A stretch of DNA of 64,000 nt, from assembly GCA_047495785.1 (NCBI GenBank), contig JBLDXI010000004.1, forward strand, positions 2,170,001 to 2,234,000. The letters are read 5' to 3'. The notes under the pieces are model-generated. The model was not told the DNA's origin. It ran no database searches and saw only the letters and a program-made list of their open reading frames with translations. Each line of letters starts with the position of its first letter. Position 1 is the first letter of the stretch. This DNA is from Lepidodermella squamata. Taxonomy: Eukaryota > Animalia > Gastrotricha. A program made the position numbers and the translations under genes. Positions 52,401-64,000 of the stretch are shown piece after piece.

Positions 52401-55400
52401 TGGCGGGCTGAAAATTTGCAAATATTCAGAATCAGCATTGTCGAAAACCCCTGTACAGTCATTTGGGCCATAGGCGGCTCAGTTTTGACAAAATTTACCC
52501 TTTTTCGTGAGCTTTAAAGGCCAGGCGGCTATGCTTTAAGTCCGTTTGAATGTCCATTTTACAAACGGTGATGAATTTAGGTCTAATTTTTTGCAGATGT
52601 TGAGATTCAGCATTGTCGATAACCCTTGACAAATAAATTTGACATTCGTACTGGCCAGATTTCCAAAAAATGTCAATTTACGGTGAAAAAAACAGCAAAT
52701 TTCAAGTTTGCGCAAACTCAAGTCAAATTTTCAATGCGTATGAGTCCTGCCATCCAAGCGGGTAACTGCCACATTGGTGTAAAGAGGCTAGATTAACCAA
52801 ATCAAATGCGACGAAGACGATGGCAATGTCAGATTTCATGCCAGAGTTATCGATTCGATAGTCATCGATAAGTTTTGATTGATTGGTTTATCGATTTTGG
52901 CCCCTTTTGTCACCTCGGGATGGCTTTTTCACGAATGGTGATGTCTGGCGGGCTGAAAATTTGCAAATATTCAGAATCAGCATTGTCGAAAACCCCTGTA
53001 CAGTCATTTGGGCCATAGGCGGCTCAGTTTTGACAAAATTTACCCTTTTTCGTGAGCTTTAAAGGCCAGGCGGCTATGCTTTAAGTCCGTTTGAATGTCC
53101 ATTTTACAAACGGTGATGAATTTAGGTCTAATTTTTTGCAGATGTTGAGATTCAGCATTGTCGATAACCCTTGACAAATAAATTTGACATTCGTACTGGC
53201 CAGATTTCCAAAAAATGTCAATTTACGGTGAAAAAAACAGCAAATTTCAAGTTTGCGCAAACTCAAGTCAAATTTTCAATGCGTATGAGTCCTGCCATCC
53301 AAGCGGGTAACTGCCACATTGGTGTAAAGAGGCTAGATTAACCAAATCAAATGCGACGAAGACGATGGCAATGTCAGATTTCATGCCAGAGTTATCGATT
53401 CGATAGTCATCGATAAGTTTTGATTGATTGGTTTATCGATTTTGGCCCCTTTTGTCACCTCGGGATGGCTTTTTCACGAATGGTGATGTCTGGCGGGCTG
53501 AAAATTTGCAAATATTCAGAATCAGCATTGTCGAAAACCCCTGTACAGTCATTTGGGCCATAGGCGGCTCAGTTTTGACAAAATTTACCCTTTTTCGTGA
53601 GCTTTAAAGGCCAGGCGGCTATGCTTTAAGTCCGTTTGAATGTCCATTTTACAAACGGTGATGAATTTAGGTCTAATTTTTTGCAGATGTTGAGATTCAG
53701 CATTGTCGATAACCCTTGACAAATAAATTTGACATTCGTACTGGCCAGATTTCCAAAAAATGTCAATTTACGGTGAAAAAAACAGCAAATTTCAAGTTTG
53801 CGCAAACTCAAGTCAAATTTTCAATGCGTATGAGTCCTGCCATCCAAGCGGGTAACTGCCACATTGGTGTAAAGAGGCTAGATTAACCAAATCAAATGCG
53901 ACGAAGACGATGGCAATGTCAGATTTCATGCCAGAGTTATCGATTCGATAGTCATCGATAAGTTTTGATTGATTGGTTTATCGATTTTGGCCCCTTTTGT
54001 CACCTCGGGATGGCTTTTTCACGAATGGTGATGTCTGGCGGGCTGAAAATTTGCAAATATTCAGAATCAGCATTGTCGAAAACCCCTGTACAGTCATTTG
54101 GGCCATAGGCGGCTCAGTTTTGACAAAATTTACCCTTTTTCGTGAGCTTTAAAGGCCAGGCGGCTATGCTTTAAGTCCGTTTGAATGTCCATTTTACAAA
54201 CGGTGATGAATTTAGGTCTAATTTTTTGCAGATGTTGAGATTCAGCATTGTCGATAACCCTTGACAAATAAATTTGACATTCGTACTGGCCAGATTTCCA
54301 AAAAATGTCAATTTACGGTGAAAAAAACAGCAAATTTCAAGTTTGCGCAAACTCAAGTCAAATTTTCAATGCGTATGAGTCCTGCCATCCAAGCGGGTAA
54401 CTGCCACATTGGTGTAAAGAGGCTAGATTAACCAAATCAAATGCGACGAAGACGATGGCAATGTCAGATTTCATGCCAGAGTTATCGATTCGATAGTCAT
54501 CGATAAGTTTTGATTGATTGGTTTATCGATTTTGGCCCCTTTTGTCACCTCGGGATGGCTTTTTCACGAATGGTGATGTCTGGCGGGCTGAAAATTTGCA
54601 AATATTCAGAATCAGCATTGTCGAAAACCCCTGTACAGTCATTTGGGCCATAGGCGGCTCAGTTTTGACAAAATTTACCCTTTTTCGTGAGCTTTAAAGG
54701 CCAGGCGGCTATGCTTTAAGTCCGTTTGAATGTCCATTTTACAAACGGTGATGAATTTAGGTCTAATTTTTTGCAGATGTTGAGATTCAGCATTGTCGAT
54801 AACCCTTGACAAATAAATTTGACATTCGTACTGGCCAGATTTCCAAAAAATGTCAATTTACGGTGAAAAAAACAGCAAATTTCAAGTTTGCGCAAACTCA
54901 AGTCAAATTTTCAATGCGTATGAGTCCTGCCATCCAAGCGGGTAACTGCCACATTGGTGTAAAGAGGCTAGATTAACCAAATCAAATGCGACGAAGACGA
55001 TGGCAATGTCAGATTTCATGCCAGAGTTATCGATTCGATAGTCATCGATAAGTTTTGATTGATTGGTTTATCGATTTTGGCCCCTTTTGTCACCTCGGGA
55101 TGGCTTTTTCACGAATGGTGATGTCTGGCGGGCTGAAAATTTGCAAATATTCAGAATCAGCATTGTCGAAAACCCCTGTACAGTCATTTGGGCCATAGGC
55201 GGCTCAGTTTTGACAAAATTTACCCTTTTTCGTGAGCTTTAAAGGCCAGGCGGCTATGCTTTAAGTCCGTTTGAATGTCCATTTTACAAACGGTGATGAA
55301 TTTAGGTCTAATTTTTTGCAGATGTTGAGATTCAGCATTGTCGATAACCCTTGACAAATAAATTTGACATTCGTACTGGCCAGATTTCCAAAAAATGTCA

Positions 55401-58400
55401 ATTTACGGTGAAAAAAACAGCAAATTTCAAGTTTGCGCAAACTCAAGTCAAATTTTCAATGCGTGTGAGTCCTGCCATCCAAGCGGGTAACTGCCACATT
55501 GGTGTAAAGAGGCTAGATTAACCAAATCAAATGCGACGAAGACGATGGCAATGTCAGATTTCATGCCAGAGTTATCGATTCGATAGTCATCGATAAGTTT
55601 TGATTGATTGGTTTATCGATTTTGGCCCCTTTTGTCACCTCGGGATGGCTTTTTCACGAATGGTGATGTCTGGCGGGCTGAAAATTTGCAAATATTCAGA
55701 ATCAGCATTGTCGAAAACCCCTGTACAGTCATTTGGGCCATAGGCGGCTCAGTTTTGACAAAATTTACCCTTTTTCGTGAGCTTTAAAGGCCAGGCGGCT
55801 ATGCTTTAAGTCCGTTTGAATGTCCATTTTACAAACGGTGATGAATTTAGGTCTAATTTTTTGCAGATGTTGAGATTCAGCATTGTCGATAACCCTTGAC
55901 AAATAAATTTGACATTCGTACTGGCCAGATTTCCAAAAAATGTCAATTTACGGTGAAAAAAACAGCAAATTTCAAGTTTGCGCAAACTCAAGTCAAATTT
56001 TCAATGCGTATGAGTCCTGCCATCCAAGCGGGTAACTGCCACATTGGTGTAAAGAGGCTAGATTAACCAAATCAAATGCGACGAAGACGATGGCAATGTC
56101 AGATTTCATGCCAGAGTTATCGATTCGATAGTCATCGATAAGTTTTGATTGATTGGTTTATCGATTTTGGCCCCTTTTGTCACCTCGGGATGGCTTTTTC
56201 ACGAATGGTGATGTCTGGCGGGCTGAAAATTTGCAAATATTCAGAATCAGCATTGTCGAAAACCCCTGTACAGTCATTTGGGCCATAGGCGGCTCAGTTT
56301 TGACAAAATTTACCCTTTTTCGTGAGCTTTAAAGGCCAGGCGGCTATGCTTTAAGTCCGTTTGAATGTCCATTTTACAAACGGTGATGAATTTAGGTCTA
56401 ATTTTTTGCAGATGTTGAGATTCAGCATTGTCGATAACCCTTGACAAATAAATTTGACATTCGTACTGGCCAGATTTCCAAAAAATGTCAATTTACGGTG
56501 AAAAAAACAGCAAATTTCAAGTTTGCGCAAACTCAAGTCAAATTTTCAATGCGTATGAGTCCTGCCATCCAAGCGGGTAACTGCCACATTGGTGTAAAGA
56601 GGCTAGATTAACCAAATCAAATGCGACGAAGACGATGGCAATGTCAGATTTCATGCCAGAGTTATCGATTCGATAGTCATCGATAAGTTTTGATTGATTG
56701 GTTTATCGATTTTGGCCCCTTTTGTCACCTCGGGATGGCTTTTTCACGAATGGTGATGTCTGGCGGGCTGAAAATTTGCAAATATTCAGAATCAGCATTG
56801 TCGAAAACCCCTGTACAGTCATTTGGGCCATAGGCGGCTCAGTTTTGACAAAATTTACCCTTTTTCGTGAGCTTTAAAGGCCAGGCGGCTATGCTTTAAG
56901 TCCGTTTGAATGTCCATTTTACAAACGGTGATGAATTTAGGTCTAATTTTTTGCAGATGTTGAGATTCAGCATTGTCGATAACCCTTGACAAATAAATTT
57001 GACATTCGTACTGGCCAGATTTCCAAAAAATGTCAATTTACGGTGAAAAAAACAGCAAATTTCAAGTTTGCGCAAACTCAAGTCAAATTTTCAATGCGTA
57101 TGAGTCCTGCCATCCAAGCGGGTAACTGCCACATTGGTGTAAAGAGGCTAGATTAACCAAATCAAATGCGACGAAGACGATGGCAATGTCAGATTTCATG
57201 CCAGAGTTATCGATTCGATAGTCATCGATAAGTTTTGATTGATTGGTTTATCGATTTTGGCCCCTTTTGTCACCTCGGGATGGCTTTTTCACGAATGGTG
57301 ATGTCTGGCGGGCTGAAAATTTGCAAATATTCAGAATCAGCATTGTCGAAAACCCCTGTACAGTCATTTGGGCCATAGGCGGCTCAGTTTTGACAAAATT
57401 TACCCTTTTTCGTGAGCTTTAAAGGCCAGGCGGCTATGCTTTAAGTCCGTTTGAATGTCCATTTTACAAACGGTGATGAATTTAGGTCTAATTTTTTGCA
57501 GATGTTGAGATTCAGCATTGTCGATAACCCTTGACAAATAAATTTGACATTCGTACTGGCCAGATTTCCAAAAAATGTCAATTTACGGTGAAAAAAACAG
57601 CAAATTTCAAGTTTGCGCAAACTCAAGTCAAATTTTCAATGCGTATGAGTCCTGCCATCCAAGCGGGTAACTGCCACATTGGTGTAAAGAGGCTAGATTA
57701 ACCAAATCAAATGCGACGAAGACGATGGCAATGTCAGATTTCATGCCAGAGTTATCGATTCGATAGTCATCGATAAGTTTTGATTGATTGGTTTATCGAT
57801 TTTGGCCCCTTTTGTCACCTCGGGATGGCTTTTTCACGAATGGTGATGTCTGGCGGGCTGAAAATTTGCAAATATTCAGAATCAGCATTGTCGAAAACCC
57901 CTGTACAGTCATTTGGGCCATAGGCGGCTCAGTTTTGACAAAATTTACCCTTTTTCGTGAGCTTTAAAGGCCAGGCGGCTATGCTTTAAGTCCGTTTGAA
58001 TGTCCATTTTACAAACGGTGATGAATTTAGGTCTAATTTTTTGCAGATGTTGAGATTCAGCATTGTCGATAACCCTTGACAAATAAATTTGACATTCGTA
58101 CTGGCCAGATTTCCAAAAAATGTCAATTTACGGTGAAAAAAACAGCAAATTTCAAGTTTGCGCAAACTCAAGTCAAATTTTCAATGCGTATGAGTCCTGC
58201 CATCCAAGCGGGTAACTGCCACATTGGTGTAAAGAGGCTAGATTAACCAAATCAAATGCGACGAAGACGATGGCAATGTCAGATTTCATGCCAGAGTTAT
58301 CGATTCGATAGTCATCGATAAGTTTTGATTGATTGGTTTATCGATTTTGGCCCCTTTTGTCACCTCGGGATGGCTTTTTCACGAATGGTGATGTCTGGCG

Positions 58401-61400
58401 GGCTGAAAATTTGCAAATATTCAGAATCAGCATTGTCGAAAACCCCTGTACAGTCATTTGGGCCATAGGCGGCTCAGTTTTGACAAAATTTACCCTTTTT
58501 CGTGAGCTTTAAAGGCCAGGCGGCTATGCTTTAAGTCCGTTTGAATGTCCATTTTACAAACGGTGATGAATTTAGGTCTAATTTTTTGCAGATGTTGAGA
58601 TTCAGCATTGTCGATAACCCTTGACAAATAAATTTGACATTCGTACTGGCCAGATTTCCAAAAAATGTCAATTTACGGTGAAAAAAACAGCAAATTTCAA
58701 GTTTGCGCAAACTCAAGTCAAATTTTCAATGCGTATGAGTCCTGCCATCCAAGCGGGTAACTGCCACATTGGTGTAAAGAGGCTAGATTAACCAAATCAA
58801 ATGCGACGAAGACGATGGCAATGTCAGATTTCATGCCAGAGTTATCGATTCGATAGTCATCGATAAGTTTTGATTGATTGGTTTATCGATTTTGGCCCCT
58901 TTTGTCACCTCGGGATGGCTTTTTCACGAATGGTGATGTCTGGCGGGCTGAAAATTTGCAAATATTCAGAATCAGCATTGTCGAAAACCCCTGTACAGTC
59001 ATTTGGGCCATAGGCGGCTCAGTTTTGACAAAATTTACCCTTTTTCGTGAGCTTTAAAGGCCAGGCGGCTATGCTTTAAGTCCGTTTGAATGTCCATTTT
59101 ACAAACGGTGATGAATTTAGGTCTAATTTTTTGCAGATGTTGAGATTCAGCATTGTCGATAACCCTTGACAAATAAATTTGACATTCGTACTGGCCAGAT
59201 TTCCAAAAAATGTCAATTTACGGTGAAAAAAACAGCAAATTTCAAGTTTGCGCAAACTCAAGTCAAATTTTCAATGCGTATGAGTCCTGCCATCCAAGCG
59301 GGTAACTGCCACATTGGTGTAAAGAGGCTAGATTAACCAAATCAAATGCGACGAAGACGATGGCAATGTCAGATTTCATGCCAGAGTTATCGATTCGATA
59401 GTCATCGATAAGTTTTGATTGATTGGTTTATCGATTTTGGCCCCTTTTGTCACCTCGGGATGGCTTTTTCACGAATGGTGATGTCTGGCGGGCTGAAAAT
59501 TTGCAAATATTCAGAATCAGCATTGTCGAAAACCCCTGTACAGTCATTTGGGCCATAGGCGGCTCAGTTTTGACAAAATTTACCCTTTTTCGTGAGCTTT
59601 AAAGGCCAGGCGGCTATGCTTTAAGTCCGTTTGAATGTCCATTTTACAAACGGTGATGAATTTAGGTCTAATTTTTTGCAGATGTTGAGATTCAGCATTG
59701 TCGATAACCCTTGACAAATAAATTTGACATTCGTACTGGCCAGATTTCCAAAAAATGTCAATTTACGGTGAAAAAAACAGCAAATTTCAAGTTTGCGCAA
59801 ACTCAAGTCAAATTTTCAATGCGTATGAGTCCTGCCATCCAAGCGGGTAACTGCCACATTGGTGTAAAGAGGCTAGATTAACCAAATCAAATGCGACGAA
59901 GACGATGGCAATGTCAGATTTCATGCCAGAGTTATCGATTCGATAGTCATCGATAAGTTTTGATTGATTGGTTTATCGATTTTGGCCCCTTTTGTCACCT
60001 CGGGATGGCTTTTTCACGAATGGTGATGTCTGGCGGGCTGAAAATTTGCAAATATTCAGAATCAGCATTGTCGAAAACCCCTGTACAGTCATTTGGGCCA
60101 TAGGCGGCTCAGTTTTGACAAAATTTACCCTTTTTCGTGAGCTTTAAAGGCCAGGCGGCTATGCTTTAAGTCCGTTTGAATGTCCATTTTACAAACGGTG
60201 ATGAATTTAGGTCTAATTTTTTGCAGATGTTGAGATTCAGCATTGTCGATAACCCTTGACAAATAAATTTGACATTCGTACTGGCCAGATTTCCAAAAAA
60301 TGTCAATTTACGGTGAAAAAAACAGCAAATTTCAAGTTTGCGCAAACTCAAGTCAAATTTTCAATGCGTATGAGTCCTGCCATCCAAGCGGGTAACTGCC
60401 ACATTGGTGTAAAGAGGCTAGATTAACCAAATCAAATGCGACGAAGACGATGGCAATGTCAGATTTCATGCCAGAGTTATCGATTCGATAGTCATCGATA
60501 AGTTTTGATTGATTGGTTTATCGATTTTGGCCCCTTTTGTCACCTCGGGATGGCTTTTTCACGAATGGTGATGTCTGGCGGGCTGAAAATTTGCAAATAT
60601 TCAGAATCAGCATTGTCGAAAACCCCTGTACAGTCATTTGGGCCATAGGCGGCTCAGTTTTGACAAAATTTACCCTTTTTCGTGAGCTTTAAAGGCCAGG
60701 CGGCTATGCTTTAAGTCCGTTTGAATGTCCATTTTACAAACGGTGATGAATTTAGGTCTAATTTTTTGCAGATGTTGAGATTCAGCATTGTCGATAACCC
60801 TTGACAAATAAATTTGACATTCGTACTGGCCAGATTTCCAAAAAATGTCAATTTACGGTGAAAAAAACAGCAAATTTCAAGTTTGCGCAAACTCAAGTCA
60901 AATTTTCAATGCGTATGAGTCCTGCCATCCAAGCGGGTAACTGCCACATTGGTGTAAAGAGGCTAGATTAACCAAATCAAATGCGACGAAGACGATGGCA
61001 ATGTCAGATTTCATGCCAGAGTTATCGATTCGATAGTCATCGATAAGTTTTGATTGATTGGTTTATCGATTTTGGCCCCTTTTGTCACCTCGGGATGGCT
61101 TTTTCACGAATGGTGATGTCTGGCGGGCTGAAAATTTGCAAATATTCAGAATCAGCATTGTCGAAAACCCCTGTACAGTCATTTGGGCCATAGGCGGCTC
61201 AGTTTTGACAAAATTTACCCTTTTTCGTGAGCTTTAAAGGCCAGGCGGCTATGCTTTAAGTCCGTTTGAATGTCCATTTTACAAACGGTGATGAATTTAG
61301 GTCTAATTTTTTGCAGATGTTGAGATTCAGCATTGTCGATAACCCTTGACAAATAAATTTGACATTCGTACTGGCCAGATTTCCAAAAAATGTCAATTTA

Positions 61401-64000
61401 CGGTGAAAAAAACAGCAAATTTCAAGTTTGCGCAAACTCAAGTCAAATTTTCAATGCGTATGAGTCCTGCCATCCAAGCGGGTAACTGCCACATTGGTGT
61501 AAAGAGGCTAGATTAACCAAATCAAATGCGACGAAGACGATGGCAATGTCAGATTTCATGCCAGAGTTATCGATTCGATAGTCATCGATAAGTTTTGATT
61601 GATTGGTTTATCGATTTTGGCCCCTTTTGTCACCTCGGGATGGCTTTTTCACGAATGGTGATGTCTGGCGGGCTGAAAATTTGCAAATATTCAGAATCAG
61701 CATTGTCGAAAACCCCTGTACAGTCATTTGGGCCATAGGCGGCTCAGTTTTGACAAAATTTACCCTTTTTCGTGAGCTTTAAAGGCCAGGCGGCTATGCT
61801 TTAAGTCCGTTTGAATGTCCATTTTACAAACGGTGATGAATTTAGGTCTAATTTTTTGCAGATGTTGAGATTCAGCATTGTCGATAACCCTTGACAAATA
61901 AATTTGACATTCGTACTGGCCAGATTTCCAAAAAATGTCAATTTACGGTGAAAAAAACAGCAAATTTCAAGTTTGCGCAAACTCAAGTCAAATTTTCAAT
62001 GCGTATGAGTCCTGCCATCCAAGCGGGTAACTGCCACATTGGTGTAAAGAGGCTAGATTAACCAAATCAAATGCGACGAAGACGATGGCAATGTCAGATT
62101 TCATGCCAGAGTTATCGATTCGATAGTCATCGATAAGTTTTGATTGATTGGTTTATCGATTTTGGCCCCTTTTGTCACCTCGGGATGGCTTTTTCACGAA
62201 TGGTGATGTCTGGCGGGCTGAAAATTTGCAAATATTCAGAATCAGCATTGTCGAAAACCCCTGTACAGTCATTTGGGCCATAGGCGGCTCAGTTTTGACA
62301 AAATTTACCCTTTTTCGTGAGCTTTAAAGGCCAGGCGGCTATGCTTTAAGTCCGTTTGAATGTCCATTTTACAAACGGTGATGAATTTAGGTCTAATTTT
62401 TTGCAGATGTTGAGATTCAGCATTGTCGATAACCCTTGACAAATAAATTTGACATTCGTACTGGCCAGATTTCCAAAAAATGTCAATTTACGGTGAAAAA
62501 AACAGCAAATTTCAAGTTTGCGCAAACTCAAGTCAAATTTTCAATGCGTATGAGTCCTGCCATCCAAGCGGGTAACTGCCACATTGGTGTAAAGAGGCTA
62601 GATTAACCAAATCAAATGCGACGAAGACGATGGCAATGTCAGATTTCATGCCAGAGTTATCGATTCGATAGTCATCGATAAGTTTTGATTGATTGGTTTA
62701 TCGATTTTGGCCCCTTTTGTCACCTCGGGATGGCTTTTTCACGAATGGTGATGTCTGGCGGGCTGAAAATTTGCAAATATTCAGAATCAGCATTGTCGAA
62801 AACCCCTGTACAGTCATTTGGGCCATAGGCGGCTCAGTTTTGACAAAATTTACCCTTTTTCGTGAGCTTTAAAGGCCAGGCGGCTATGCTTTAAGTCCGT
62901 TTGAATGTCCATTTTACAAACGGTGATGAATTTAGGTCTAATTTTTTGCAGATGTTGAGATTCAGCATTGTCGATAACCCTTGACAAATAAATTTGACAT
63001 TCGTACTAGCCAGATTTCCAAAAAATGTCAATTTACGGTGAAAAAAACAGCAAATTTCAAGTTTGCGCAAACTCAAGTCAAATTTTCAATGCGTATGAGT
63101 CCTGCCATCCAAGCGGGTAACTGCCACATTGGTGTAAAGAAGCTAGATTAACCAAATCAAATGCGACGAAGACGATGGCAATGTCAGATTTCATGCCAGA
63201 GTTATCGATTCGATAGTTATCGATAAGTTTTGATTGATTGGTTTATCGATTTTGGCCCCTTTTGTCACCTCGGGATGGCTTTTTCACGAATGGTGATGTC
63301 TGGCGGGCTGAAAATTTGCAAATATTCAGAATCAGCATTGTCGAAAACCCCTGTACAGTCATTTGGGCCATAGGCGGCTCAGTTTTGACAAAATTTACCC
63401 TTTTTCGTGAGCTTTAAAGGCCAGGCGGCTATGCTTTAAGTCCGTTTGAATGTCCATTTTACAAACGGTGATGAATTTAGGTCTAATTTTTTGCAGATGT
63501 TGAGATTCAGCATTGTCGATAACCCTTGACAAATAAATTTGACATTCGTACTGGCCAGATTTCCAAAAAATGTCAATTTACGGTGAAAAAAACAGCAAAT
63601 TTCAAGTTTGCGCAAACTCAAGTCAAATTTTCAATGCGTATGAGTCCTGCCATCCAAGCGGGTAACTGCCACATTGGTGTAAAGAGGCTAGATTAACCAA
63701 ATCAAATGCGACGAAGACGATGGCAATGTCAGATTTCATGCCAGAGTTATCGATTCGATAGTCATCGATAAGTTTTGATTGATTGGTTTATCGATTTTGG
63801 CCCCTTTTGTCACCTCGGGATGGCTTTTTCACGAATGGTGATGTCTGGCGGGCTGAAAATTTGCAAATATTCAGAATCAGCATTGTCGAAAACCCCTGTA
63901 CAGTCATTTGGGCCATAGGCGGCTCAGTTTTGACAAAATTTACCCTTTTTCGTGAGCTTTAAAGGCCAGGCGGCTATGCTTTAAGTCCGTTTGAATGTCC
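28366..64000. repeat. Homogeneous 545-bp tandem satellite, ~65.4 head-to-tail copies, continuing past the window end
   Basis: Units start with tcgattttggcccc at 28366 + 545n. The ORF track recurs at exactly 545 bp with no net indel. Only scattered substitutions differ between units. Confidence 0.99.

Noticed and set aside
28556-63621. 64 copies of a 61-aa ORF (MSLRKLEICC...) as a tandem gene array
   Set aside because: It opens with TTG rather than ATG, has no recognisable domain, reflects A/T tracts, and is broken by a stop in unit 27. It is a by-product of the satellite.

Overview
Eukaryotic (animal-like) genomic DNA with short introns of about 45-60 nt and pyrimidine-rich acceptors. The species cannot be determined from the sequence. 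(1) Positions 1-15 kb are a mosaic of non-autonomous DNA transposons and foldback elements around a 13-exon gene. That gene encodes about five copies of an unassigned 4-Cys module followed by two C-type-lectin-like domains. (2) Positions 15.1-28.4 kb form a compact gene island led by an apparently intact 10-exon Sola1-type DDD transposase. It is followed by a NEMP-like nuclear-envelope gene, a WRKY/FLYWCH-like + PHD gene, a membrane-anchored CXC-domain gene, two paralogous CxD..C..CKFC small membrane proteins and other small TM genes. Three of these genes each carry a single disabling lesion. (3) Positions 28,366-64,000 are about 65.4 nearly identical copies of a 545-bp tandem repeat that begins inside the last island ORF and runs off the window. 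Gene models were spliced by eye and family calls rest on motif recognition; no database searches were run.
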